A DNA stretch of 64,000 nucleotides from Octopus vulgaris (lineage: Eukaryota). This document shows positions 50,283 to 63,029 of this stretch, piece after piece; the stretch's first letter is position 1, and each line of letters opens with the position of its first letter. The position numbers and the translations under genes are program-made. The notes under the pieces were generated by a model. That model had not been told where the DNA came from, did not search any database, and saw only the letters and a list, made by a program, of their open reading frames with translations. The DNA is taken from NCBI GenBank assembly GCA_951406725.2, contig OX597814.1:35898001-35962000 (forward strand). The letters are read 5' to 3'.

Positions 50283-50661
50283 ATACAAAATGTTTCTTTA
50301 TTTTGGCAATTAGATGTATATACTTTACTGATGTTTCCTTGACAATCACCCATATTTGTACAATCTGTTGTTTCCTTTCATTTGTCTTTTCATCTTTTGC
50401 AGCCTTCTCTGCCACATTAATAGTATTTTCATTTGTGGGTTTCTTTCCTACCGTCTTGGACTGACATCCTCTTTGTAGTCCCTGAGAAACTTTCTGGCTT
50501 CTCTCACTCACTTTTTCTTTGATAGTATCAAGTTCAGAGTCAGTCAACCTCTTATTTCTAATGATGTTATCTGGTGTTAGTGTGTTTGATGACATCAATT
50601 TTTGGTCTTACACTTAGGTGTCTCTGAATCCATATACTGTAGATACTTTTAGTAACAGAAT

Positions 50662-50700
<39 letters not shown>

Positions 50701-50861
50701 CTTCTTCTTCTTCTTCTTCTTCTTCTTCTTCTTCTTCCTTCTCCTCCTCCCCCTCCTCCTCCTCCTCCTCCTCCTCCTCCTCCTCCTCCTCCTTCTTCTT
50801 CTTCTTCTTCTTCTTCTTCTTCTTCTTCTTCTTCTTCATCATTATTATTATTATCATTATT
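50662..50861. repeat. Compound (TTG)n(TTC)n(TCC)n(TTC)n(ATT)n microsatellite
   Basis: Seen directly. Confidence 0.95.
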
Positions 50862-51003
50862 AGTTCAAATTCTGCTGAAGCTGACTTTGTCTTTCATCCT
50901 TTCAGAATTGATAAATTAAGTACCAGTGGAGTACTGGGGGTTGAGGTAATCGACTAATCCCCTCCCACAAAATCTCAGACCTTGTACCTTTAGAAGAAAG
51001 GAA

Positions 51004-51005
<2 letters not shown>
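50862..51005 (+). mobile_element. SINE family B, 5'-truncated, (ATT)n tail
   Basis: gttcaaattc...ctttcatcctttc...agaaaggaat followed by (att)n. Confidence 0.8.
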
Positions 51006-51048
<43 letters not shown>

Positions 51049-51049
<1 letters not shown>

Positions 51050-51604
51050 GAGTGAGAGAGCAGTGCATGCCATCAAAGTGACACTGGGGTAAAATATATG
51101 AAGTCCAGTATACCCATCATGACTACCCGTCTGATAAGGGTACACTAGGCACATGCATCACAACCATATGTGCGCGACATGGTGATCTCATATCAAGATA
51201 AACAGCACATGACCTTGCAGGTGGGGCCCAGTTAGAATTTTCTTCTGGTAGAGTAACCCATCCCGCTCAAAAGGTCCTTGAATAAGGATTGTTTAAGGAT
51301 GTTGAACGAATCACCCATGTTTCCAGAGGTGAATTATACAAACCCTAAAGAATCCCTCTCAACACATGGCTATGATGCTCCCCCACTACTTCTGCTCGTG
51401 ATCAGAGATGCATATATCGTCAGCCACTAAGGGACATGCTCAACTGGTTAAGGTCAAACAACTGACAAGCAAATCTGTGGTATTGAGCAAAATATTTGCT
51501 GTAGCCCATCTTTTATACCAAGACAAAACAATGTACATGATAACACTTCCAATCAGTTAAGATCAGAAGCCATGAGAGCCACTGCCTGGTACTGCATCAG
51601 GGCA
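51049..51604 (-). mobile_element. Element D, full length
   Basis: Same ends as 6006-6562, with (ATT)n on both sides. Confidence 0.9.
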
Positions 51605-51830
51605 TTTAATTATTATTATTATCATTATTATTATTATTGTTGTTGTTGTTGTAATTGTTGTTGCTGTTGTTATTGTTGTTGCCATCATTATTGTTGTTGC
51701 TGCCACCACTGCTGCTGCCACTGTTGCCATCATCATCATCATCACTTAACATCCACCTTCCATGCAGGCATGAGTGGGATGGTTTGACAGAAGCTGACCA
51801 GGCAGAAGCCAGCACCAGACTTCTACAACT

Positions 51831-52302
51831 GTTTTGGCAGGATTTTTACAGCTGGATCCCCTTCCTAACACCAACCATTCTGTGGAGTGAACTTAGTGCT
51901 TTTTACACGGCACAAACACAAGCAAGGTCAGTTTTGGCAGGATTTTTACAGCTGGATGCCCTTCCTAACACCAACCACTCTGTGCAGTGGACTTAGAGCT
52001 TTTTACATGGCACAAGCACAAGCAAGGTCAGTTTTGGCAGGATTTTTACAGCTGGATGCCCTTCCTAACACCAACCACTCTGTGCAGTGGACTTAGTGCT
52101 TTTTAATGGCACAAACACAAACAAGGTCAATTTTGGCAGGATTTTTACAGCTGGATGCCCTTCCTAACACCATCCATTCTGTGGAGTGGACTTAGTGCTT
52201 TTTACATGGCACAAGCACAAGCAAGGTCAGTTTTGGCAAGCATTTTTAGAGCTGGATGCCCTTCCAAACACCAACCCCTTTACAGTGTAGACTGGGTGCT
52301 TT
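51831..52302. repeat. 100-bp minisatellite (about 4.7 units) derived from the RTE 3' UTR
   Basis: Units start at 51831, 51931, 52031, 52130 and 52230; each contains the gctggat(g/c)cccttcc motif. Confidence 0.9.
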
Positions 52303-52339
52303 CATTATTATTATTATTTCACTAATGTATGCTAATTTA

Positions 52340-54955
52340 GTTTGCAGGTATTTCATTTTTAGGTTTGATGGCAACAAGTCTCTCAAATATCAAGAATCTT
52401 CCTTAGGATTCTTACAGAATATATGATGGTATTTTTCTGTAGGTTCACAATGCAAGTTTCAATTCCAATTCCTTTCAGTCTTTTAGGTAGCATTTTGAGT
52501 GTTCTGTTCCAAAAGTGCACCAATTACTACAGTAATAATTGTTGTCTTGATCTCACACAATCTTCTCAGTTGTCTGGCTAGATCTTGATATTTCTCAATT
52601 TTTCCAATTTTTTTGGTATCGACTCTGCTTTCAAAGGTAATTGCAAAATCTCTGGTCTTACACTGCTTGTTCATTTTATCCTCTGTGATTATATCCAGCC
52701 TTCTTGCCTCACTTGTACGATCAGTTTTTATGTATATTGTAATTCTCATTTTCTATCATAGCCTCTGGTTCATGCTCATGCTATTTTTCTGTTGTTTTGA
52801 AGTCACACACATGACTGTGTAGCCACTGCTTTGCCTATACAGTTATGTCTGTGTTTATATTCCTTTTGTGCTAGCATACTGCACTCACTCAAAATGTGAT
52901 TGATTCTTTCGTCTCCTTTCCTAAAAATTCTCCATTTGCTGTCTCTCTGAGATTTGTCAATCATTCTTTTATCATATCTGATCTAAAGGCTTGCTCCTGA
53001 GTGGCTATAATTAGCGTTTTTATCTCTTATTTCAAGTTTCTATCCACCAGTTAGAGCCAGCAATCTTTACTTTCAGCATTCTTGGTTTGTTACATGACTT
53101 GGTCATGTGATTCCATTTCTTTCCATTTGTTTGTTCGGTTGGTATTTCTTTTCTCTTTGAATTGTCCTATTGTTTCAATGACTTTCTTGAGTATTTCTAG
53201 CAGTGGTTTTTCTTTTTCTTTATTTTGTTTGACAACTTTTCACACCCATTATTTTGATAGTAACAGTGTCTTCTGCATTCAGTTATCTTCTACCTTATAT
53301 TCTTGTTAGATAGAGTTGGTCGGTATTATTTTGGGGATGGAGTGTGCATTGATCACAGCTTTCTAGTTCTTTCGTTGAAGTTCTGTAGCTCGGCTTTTGT
53401 CCATTTCAGAAAGAGAATGTAGTATCTCAATACAAGCATAGCCCTTGAATTCATGGCTTTAATGATGTTCTCTTCATTTAATTTTGCTTTGAGCGCCTTC
53501 CTAATTCTCCCCTTGTGCTTTTTAGTGACTTTCTCTCTCATTTCTTATTTCATTATCTTATTGTATTGCAGCACTCCTAGGTATTTGTATCCCTCATTAT
53601 TCCACTCCTTCAGGTTATTTCTCTGCATCTTCAGGTCACTCCTCTGCGTCAATATCATCAACACCTGTCTTGGGCATTCATATCTCTCTCTTTTACTTGT
53701 TTACTTGTTTCAGTCATTTTACTGTGGCCATGCTGGAGCACCGCCTTTAGTTGAGCAAATCAACCCCAGGACTTATTTGGAAGCCTAGTACTTATTCTAT
53801 CGGGTTTTTTTTTGCCAAACCACTAAGTTACGGGGATGTAAACACACCAGAATCGGATGTCCGGCGATGTTGGGGAGACAAACACAGACACACAAACATA
53901 TACACACAAACATACATACATATATATATACATATATATATACGATGGGCTTCTTTCAGTTTCTGTCTACCAAATCTACTCACAAGGCTTTGGTCAGCCT
54001 GAGGCTATAGTAGAAGATGCTTGCCCAAGGTGCCACACAGTGGGACTGAGCCCGGAACCATATGGTTTGTAAGCAAGCTATATACCACACAGTCACTCCT
54101 GTAAACTGACTGCACATTTTTTTCCCTTCCACGTTATTTCTTTTTTTTTTAGTTCTTTTCCTCTAAGTTTTTCTTTATACAATTCTCAGTTTTCTTGATA
54201 CTGGATTTCTGTACATGCTTCAACAATGGTTCAATGACATTTTTTACATACCACCCTAAGCTGTTTTCCTCTCCTTTTACACAATCTTGGCAACTGGTCA
54301 AACCTCTCCCACCCGTTCTTCTGGACAAATACAACCTATCAGTGTCAATCTTGGGATGGAATGCTCCATGCATAGTAAATATCTTGTCTTCATATCCATT
54401 CTCATCAGTTCTTTCTTTTGCCAGTTTATGATTTCAGCCCCATACCAAAGTGATGCTATCACCCATGTATTCACTGCTTGGATTTTAGTCCATCTAGTCA
54501 ATTTTGAGTGGAACATCAATCTTAGCCTTCGGAAATATCCCTTCCTTAGCTGCTCTTTCATTTCCTTCTCCATGATTTCCTTTTCAACTTGTGTAATCAC
54601 TTCTCTATTAGATAATTCTATCTTTGCCAAGGACCGTACCTTGCCTTTGTTCAGGTTTCTTGTGACTGAATTCCATCTTAATATCAGCACTAGAACAGTG
54701 GACCATGTTCTCCAAAGAATTCCCTTGTGTGTCGTTGTTGCTATACAGCTTCAGATTATCCATGAAGAGGAGGTGGTTGATTCTTTGAAATTTTCCCTTT
54801 AACTGATATCCCAGATTCATTTTCCTCAGCACCAGGGTCAGAGAAATCATACAAACAACTAAAAGCAATAGAAATAAGCGATCTCCAGAGAAGACCCCTC
54901 TCCTCATGCCCAGGATGCCCAATTTTTCTTTGCATGATGTCAACTCAGTTTTTCA
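52340..54955 (-). mobile_element. Two Dong/R4 relics separated by a SINE A copy (53685-54102)
   Basis: RLDII, EKYQDL, VVIGAL, YKYLGV; HLLFMDNLKLY and HGAFHPKIDTDRLYLSRRTGGRGL. Confidence 0.8.
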
Positions 54956-54966
54956 CCCCATCATCA

Positions 54967-55032
<66 letters not shown>

Positions 55033-55033
<1 letters not shown>

Positions 55034-55250
55034 GGCAGTGATCTGACAGAATTGCTAGCATGCCAGACAATAAGCTTAGTGGCATTCTGTCCATCTTTAG
55101 ATTCTGAGTTCAAATTCCACTAGGGTCAACTTTACCTTTCATCCTTTTGGTGTCGATAAAATAAGCACCAGTTGAATACTGAGGTCGATTTCATTGACTT
55201 ACTCCCTACCCCAGAATTTCAGGCCTTGTGTCTATAGTAAAAAGGATTAT
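55033..55250 (+). mobile_element. SINE family B, full length, in (ATT)n
   Basis: ggcagtgatctgacagaattg head, Meta-like core and aaaggatt(att)n tail. Confidence 0.85.
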
Positions 55251-55299
55251 TATTATTATTGTTGTTGTTATGAGTTTTGCTGACACAGACAATAGAAAT

Positions 55300-57900
55300 T
55301 ATAAAAAGTGACCCTCTTCTTTATCAAAAGAGAAATATTCTAAGCAGACTTCATCAATCCACTTCTTTTATTTGTTAGAGTAAGCACCATTTACCAACAG
55401 AACTGGACTGGGAAATAAAAGCAATGGAAAGACAATCAACCATTTTTGTAGATGGACAACCTCAAGTTGTTTATATGCTGCAGATGATAAACAACTTGAA
55501 ACATGGCTGCTGACAGTGCCAAGAAAATTGATATGAGATTTAGCTTAAAAAACATATGCGCAAGCAACCTTGAAGAAAGGAAAAATTAATTAAGAACACT
55601 AATATCATGCAAGATAAAGAAACTATGAAATAAACACAGACATACAAATACTTAGAAATCAGTGTATTAGACATTGTATTACACATAAATGAAAGAAAAG
55701 GTTAGGAAGAAATATTATAGATGCATTAGATTAATACTTAAAAAGAAAGCAAAACTCAAAAATAAGGTAATAGTGATGATCAGCACTCAAGCTATCCCAT
55801 TAATAAGTTATAATATTTTCAATTACATGCTAAACGAACTAGTATGACAAGAAAGAAAAGCATGAAGAATAATTTCATACAGAATACATCAATCAGAATC
55901 TAATATAGAAAGATTGTTTACAACAAATACAGAGGGTAAGGTCTAATGAAAACTAGAAATCTATTATAAAATATCCACTGTATTGCTACATAAATATTCT
56001 ATGAGATAAAACTGCTGCAAATAACTACAAATAAAAGTTTCCATATGGTCAATACATGAAAACTGATAAAGAAAAATTGCAAAACTAGGTAAGAATAGCA
56101 AGACTCAAAGGAGTCTTAATTATGGCACGGAATAAAAAAATTTCCCACCAAACTACCAAATTTATGTAACTGTATTAACTGTATGACAACAAAAATATCC
56201 AGTGAATAATTATAGATACTACCAAATGAATAATAGAAATCATCAGAAAGTACTGAAAGTAGAAAGCAGTATTCTGCAGAATATGTGGAGATGGGGAAGA
56301 ATCAATTAACCACATTGTCTCTGGACTTGAAAGAAAGAATACATCTACATGCTTGACTGAGTTGGAGCTTGCATACACTGGATGTTAGGCTAGTATTATG
56401 AAATACCAATGGAAAAGGGGTGGTACAGGCACACACCAGAAAGGGTCTCAGAGAATATCAAAGTCAGTGCTGGATTAGCCCTTAAGCAAAATAAGCTTGT
56501 GCTTAGGGTATCAAGGGACATGGGGCACCACAGAAATGGTAAATGATCTACTGCACAAAAGAAATTACTTTAAAATTGCTAAAATAATATGACTTTTCAA
56601 TTAAAAAAATTAAGAGAAAACTTTTCAAATATAAATAAACAGGACGTGTACAAAAATAAACATTATTTTCCATCTTATTGTTAGTTTTGTTTCATTTTGA
56701 AAATAAAATTTATTTTATGGTTTATTATTGTTTATATTTTAAATTACATATATGTGGGGCACCAAAATCTTTTGAGGGGTTTAAATCTGGCCCTGATCAA
56801 AGTGACCATATTTTAGAATATCCAATATGTACTAACAGGAAAATCAAGATTAATCAAGATATAATCTTCAAGGACAATCAGGAAAATGTACCTCTTCATT
56901 CAAATATTAGTACAATATATGGTAATGTCCCTCTCAAAGAAAAAGAGAAAGGCACAAGAGTGGCTGAGTGGTAAGTAGCTTGCTTACAAACCACATTGTT
57001 CCGGGCTCAGTCCCACTGTGTGGTACCTTAGGCAAGTGCCTTCTTCTATAGCCTCGGGCCAACCAAATCCTTGTGAGTGGATTTGGTAGACGGAAACTGA
57101 AAGAAGCCCGTCATATATATGTATATATAAATATATATATGTATGTATGTGTGTGTGTGTGCATATGTTTGTGTGTCTGTGTTTGTCCCCCCAACATCAC
57201 TTGACAACTGATGCTGGTGTGTTTACATTCCCGTAACTTAGCGGTTCATCAAAAGAGACCGATAGAATAAGTACTAGGCTTTCAAAGAATTAATCCTGGG
57301 GTCGATTTGCTCGACTAAAGGTGGTGCTCCAGCATGGCCACAGTCAGATGACTAAAAGAAGTAAAAGAGTAAAAGAGAGTATAAATATGTGGAAATAGAG
57401 ATAATTTGAATTACTGAAGCAATTACTGTGATAAATCTTTCTAATTTTAACATGAGACCAGAAATTCCGATGGAAGGGGTTAGTCGATTACATTAAACCC
57501 AGTACTCAACTGGTGCTTAATTTAATGACTCTGAAAGGATGAAGGGCAAAGTTGATCTCAGGAGAATTTGAACACAGAATGTAAAACAGCTGACAGAAAT
57601 GCCACCAAGTACACATTTTTTGTCCAGCATGTAAATGACTCTGTCAGTTTGTTGTCTTAATCCCTGATTATTGATTTTAAAACCATGCAGATAAAAATGT
57701 GCCCCAAACTACAGTACTTAAAAATAAGCAGAATGTACAGAATACAGCATTAAATGTCATTGCACAGATATTACATGAATATCATTTGAATACAATAAAA
57801 AAATCCAAATTCAAAACAAAACACAGTGATTCTGAACGTGCTAGGAGCTTTGCTCAGTAGGGCAGTGAAAGCACACAATTAAAAAAGAAATACTGATTAA
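55300..57900 (+). mobile_element. Old Dong/R4 relic with nested hAT MITE, SINE A (56951-57381) and SINE B (about 57440-57660)
   Basis: MDNLKL, TYKYL, CRICG..ESINHIVSG and WYRHTPERV; the 3' UTR at 57820-57900 is related to 15171-15243. Confidence 0.7.
56465..56795. mobile_element. hAT MITE
   Basis: TIRs cagtgctggatt / aatctggccctg; 8-bp TSD atcaaagt at 56457-56464 and 56796-56803. Confidence 0.85.
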
Positions 57901-58864
57901 TTATAATTACACGTATGTTTTGCTGAGAAATCTTTAATTACATTTGAATAAGTTTATTGACAAGCATTTTTATAATTTTCATATTTGCATAATTTTCATT
58001 TCATAACACAGGCTGTCTAGTTGTTTGTTTTGATTGTTTAAGTGTTAAAAAATGCTGTCAATATTTCACCTCTGTATACACACAAGATAATTTAGAGTAT
58101 GTGGGTGTAAAGGATTTGCTTTAATTTTAATAATGATTTGTATTGGCTAAAATCTTTAATAAAGTTTTAAAAAGTAAAATGAACAAGGAAGCAGAAATTG
58201 ATGTAGTGATTTTAAAATCTTAAAATTCTAAGATGACTTTCCTTCAATCTGCAGCATAATGTTATTATGTTGGCTGTCAGTTTGGCTGAAAAATTCAGTA
58301 TGAAATGAGGTTGACTGAATGTATAACAGCTTTTATTCAAGTAATGTAAATCTTCCATCATTGTCAAAGACAGTGTGGCTTAACACATCCTTTGCCTTTA
58401 ATATCTCACTTGCTAATATATATCCAATAAGCTTTGCAGAATGACATGAAAATTTGACCTGCTTCTCAACTGTCTTAACTGAAATAATATATGCTACGGT
58501 AAGTGGAAAGTTTTGCATTTTGTAATATTGGAATTGGGTTTCTTTGTTCTGAGTTCAAGACTACTTACATACCATATAAGATTTAGTTGATAATGCATTT
58601 AATAAAATAAATGTATAATTAAAGGTTCCTTTCTATTTTCCCTCTCATCTCTAAATTTAAAAACAATGCACATATGCTCCAGTGCATATGCATACCCACA
58701 TACAAGCATGCACACACGATGCACACACCATACACACACACACACACACAAAATGCTGTATTGTCTATGTAGGTAATTGCAACATTAAATCCATATAGTG
58801 GTTATAAATAAATCTTTGCCGCTATTTTATAAGCATTGTTTACACACTTACATGTGTAATATTA

Positions 58865-59128
58865 AATACTAATAAATAAATGCACCCTTTTAAAATCTAG
58901 CCAGGCTCATGGGCCCAGTTTCCCGGTTTCTGTGGCATATGTGTTCCCCAGCTGGATGGGACGCCAGTCCATCGCAGCATTACTCATTTTTGCCAGCTGA
59001 GTGGACTGGAGCAACGTGAAATGAAGTGTTTTGCTCAAGGATACAACACGTTGCCCAGTCCAGGAATCGAAACCACAATCTTACGATCATGGTGCTGACA
59101 CCCTAACCACTAAGCCACGTGTCTCCAC
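58865..59128 (-). mobile_element. SINE family C (H1, tail T2)
   Basis: TSD acatgtgtaatatta at 58850-58864 and 59129-59143. Confidence 0.85.
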
Positions 59129-60187
59129 ACATGTGTAATATTAGTTTACAAACCTGTTATTCTGATATGTAGATGCTCATTAAATTGTTAGTAACTTATT
59201 AGTGAAGTCATGGTATTTTCCTGCCAGCCATGCATTTGGCAAAAAGGCATGTGCTTTGCACAGTGACACACAGCACAATACTGTAGTAAGAATTTAACTT
59301 CTAACCAGCTTGTAGTTTTTCAGCGCTTTAACCTAAAATATAGCTAAGATGAATATACTTTTAACTTCACAACATTGTTTATCTTCAATTTTAAAATTAA
59401 TACATAGATTGATGTTTCCCCCACTAAAAAAAAAACAAACAAACAATAGTGAAATACTTACTTCCATGACAGCTTTTGGTTGACCATAAAATTTCATCCT
59501 CACTTTACATCCTTTACACTTCTCTGTGATCTTCAATATAGCTTTCATAGAATTGTCACAAATAACTGCTCACTCTTGAGAGTATTAGTGAAAGCAATGT
59601 TTCCTCTGACTTGTCAATAATCCATGACAATGTCTGACATGTGGACCTTTGGAGAAAGCCATTTGCTTTAAGCTTCACTCAGTTCTCATTTCCCTAAAGG
59701 AATACATTTTTTATCAGATGTTCATGCCGGTTTCTTTAACTCACACTATATAAACTGATGAGAAAATCATAACTCAGTAATGTCTCATACATTCCTTCCA
59801 CTCTACGTAAAATTCTTGTCACTATCTCTCCTAACAAACACATACTTTTGTGCAGTGACTTCAGTTTACATCTTTTGACAGACTTTCCCACAAATGGCAA
59901 CAAAAGGCTTTTACCTTTTGCAGAGGCTTCAGTTTTCACCTTTTGCAGTGGCTTCAGTTTTCACCTTTTGACATACTTTCCAAAAATGGCAACAACCACA
60001 AGCAACAGACAGGAATTACTGTCTTAAATATATAATTTTTTGAAAATATTTTCTAATGGGAACAAAAAAAATTGAAACTTAATTGGCAGTATAAAATACA
60101 AATCTCTTGCAGTTCTATATTTAAGAGATGAGGAATTATATACATTATTTACATTTGACGGATATTTGTCCTCATCTTGTTTGTTGT

Positions 60188-60235
60188 TAACACAAACGTT
60201 TTGGCTGATATACCCTCCAGCTTTCATTAGGTGTC
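60188..60235 (-). ncRNA. Second hammerhead copy (degenerate)
   Basis: GACAC-CTAATGA-A-AGCTG(gagggtatat)CAGCC-AAAACGTTT-GTGTT; stem I is GACAC/GTGTT. Confidence 0.55.
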
Positions 60236-60299
60236 TTGGGGATATTTCAAACCTGTGTTCTCATGCCTAAGGTATATTTTGATGTTATTATTGTTGTTG

Positions 60300-60395
<96 letters not shown>

Positions 60396-60463
60396 TCACT
60401 GCCTGGAATCGAACTCGGAATCTTGGGGTTAGTAGCCTGCGCTTTTAACCACTATGCCATATG

Positions 60464-60504
60464 CTGATGAAGGCCGGAGGGTATATCAGCCGAAATGTTG
60501 TGCT
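60464..60504 (+). ncRNA. Minimal type I hammerhead ribozyme motif (degenerate; lacks its 5' stem I strand)
   Basis: CTGATGA-A-GGCCG(gagggtatat)CAGCC-GAAATGTT-GTGCT. Confidence 0.65.
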
Positions 60505-61029
60505 AACAACAAACAAGATGAGGGCAAATATCTGTCAAATGTAAATAAAGTCCAAATCTCTTGGCAACACACCCAAAACTTTATAGTCCCCTTATATGCA
60601 CGTAGCTAAAACCAGCACAAGCTTCACAAATGCTATTTTACATAATCTCTAATGGAAGATCATAAGAGTCAACAACACAAGCAAATGAGGAGCCACTATG
60701 AGGCTGTAAAATTTGCCAGAAATAGCAGTGGCCATATCTCTATCAAATCACACCCTTCATTTTTATAAAAGGTTGGATAAATTTGATTTTGTAATCCAGG
60801 TGGCACTATGCCTGAAACAAAAGTTAATGATAGAAAAACACAAGGGATCACAGTTGAAAGGCTTTTGATGATATATCTCCTCTAACAGAGCTGAAATGAA
60901 GTTAAGCAACAACAAAAACAATGACATAACCAAACTGCCTGGAAAAGGATACACTTCTGTCTTAAGAATAGAACATACTTCTTCATTAAACAACCTCTGA
61001 CACTCAATGAGGCCTGAGTACAACCCATT

Positions 61030-61441
61030 CTTTTGTTCTTTTATTCTTTCATTTGTTTCAGTCATTTAACTGCAGCCATGCTGGAGCACTGCCTTTAGTT
61101 GAACAAATAAACCCAGGACTTATTCTTTGTAAGCCTAGTACTTATTCGATCGTTCTCTTTTGCTGAACCGCTAAGTTACGGGGATGTAAATACACCAACA
61201 TCGGTTGTCAAGCGATGGTAGAGTGACAAACACAGACACAGGTACACACACACACACACATACACACACACACACACACGACAGGTTTCTTTCAGTTTCT
61301 GTCTACCAAATCCACTCACATAGCTTTGGTTGGCCCAAGGCTATAGTAGAAGATACTTGCCCAACGAGTACGCAGTGGGACTGAACCTGGAACCATGTGG
61401 TTGGTAAGCAACCTACTTACCACACAGCCACTCCTGCACCT
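61030..61441 (-). mobile_element. SINE family A
   Basis: Full reverse-complement match to family A. Confidence 0.9.
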
Positions 61442-63029
61442 ATATATGAAATAGAGAAGTTACTTAGCTCATAAGTATTGTAGACAGCATTCATAAATAG
61501 GTCATCCCACTGACCACCAAATCTTCATTTACACACTTGCACAAAATTGTGGTAGAAATGGTTTCTTTTCTTCTTTCAACTAACAGACTGTTTGCTATTC
61601 CATTCTCTATTTACTTCACAATATTCTGACCTCTATATATTCATGTAAGAAGAACCATTTAATTGTACATGTCAAATAGAGTCATGAGATGATTTTAGCC
61701 TGTTTTCACCTCCATTCGTCATGCTGTTTGTTGAAACCAATGTAAGCTAATACAGAACTACTCGCATAATCATTCAACCTCTTCAAATATGCAGAAGTGT
61801 GTTTACAAATGGAAGAGTGATATTTTCTAATAGAAATTCTATTTCATAAATGCATCTGTGTCTATTTTCTCAGTAATCTTCTGAGGAATTTCAACCGTGT
61901 TTTGTGGTCTGCTACCACAACAGCTCCTTTATAGGATCCAGTAAGCTCAAGATGTCATCAGGAGGAACCACGTCTGGTTTCGGCCCCTACACCTCTACCG
62001 TTTTGATGTGGCGGGCTCCCCTGCTTTCAGAGGTGTCTTCAGCTCTGGCGTTGGGTGCATGTCTTCTTTCTTCTTCTTGCACCCTATAAATCTTTATTCT
62101 ATCACTATTCTTAAAACCTGTGCTGAATATTTCAAGCTTTTAGCACTTTCTTTCAGTTCACACTAGCATTAGGGATCTAAAACAGGCTGCTTCAGTCCTA
62201 CGAGGGAAACTCTATGCAATTTCTGAAGCATCTAGAAACAGCTACTAAATATTCTCTAACATTACAAACAATTTAAAAACAAAGGAAAAATTAGAAAATG
62301 TCCCAAATATACAAGATATATAGGATAACCAAAGCTGGAATATCATTGAGCATAGATCATGGGTCTGCTAAATTAAGTCTCATCTAAATTGGAACTAACA
62401 AAAATTCGAGTTAAACATCAAAAGAAAAAAATCTTAATGTCATGGAAAGGCTCATAATGTTTATGATTTTTGCTCAATTACATTGCTTTATGTATAAAAC
62501 GAGCTACTTGTCAGTATCACGCATACATCTTTCTCAAACCTCTCTATTATACTCTGAGAAAAAATCCCCCGCAGAAGTTAACTACTTGCCTATGTAATAG
62601 TTATCTGTGTGGGTGTGTGTGAGCTGGTGTGTGTGTGTGTGTACGTATGTATGTATGTATGTTTTTCCTTTGAGTGTTATGTAAGTTCTTCTTCAGAAAG
62701 TTAAAAGATTTTCCTGCGTTTGTAGATACGTAGTTAAGTTGATGTCTTGGTTGAACTGTTAATGCATGCACCCAAGTGTGTATATCTAATCACATAAGAA
62801 TCTCAGATGGAAGAGTCTTGGAATGTCTTAAAATCTTCACTCTGTCACTAATACACTGGATTTGGAGAATCTGCACCTATTTCTTTTGCTCTTTCACTGT
62901 GAAACTGAGTATTTGTAGGTTTTTGCATAAATTTGTTGGTACATAACCCACTGTATCTTTGATGAGAGGTACAAATGAGAATTCATAGTCAGGGTACAAA
63001 AGTTGTATGTTCCAATTTATTTGCCATGT

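Larger units (their letters stand above)
47480..50650 (-). mobile_element. Old Dong/R4 relic with nested elements
   Basis: NYRPIPYLPTMYK, GCKDQLLINKAILE, MDYKKA and the N-terminal NKRLTDSELDTIK. Confidence 0.7.
60110..60552 (-). mobile_element. tRNA-headed non-autonomous element with a Penelope-type pLTR end and an inverted partial pLTR copy
   Basis: tRNA-like head at 60464-60391, (AAT)n, body 60285-60110, inverted copy 60464-60548; TSD caaatctcttg. Confidence 0.8.

Noticed and set aside
60391-60464. tRNA gene
   Set aside because: A and B boxes are present, but there is no acceptor stem or oligo-T terminator and the anticodon would be an atypical ACT; it is an element head. The same reasoning applies to the other SINE heads.
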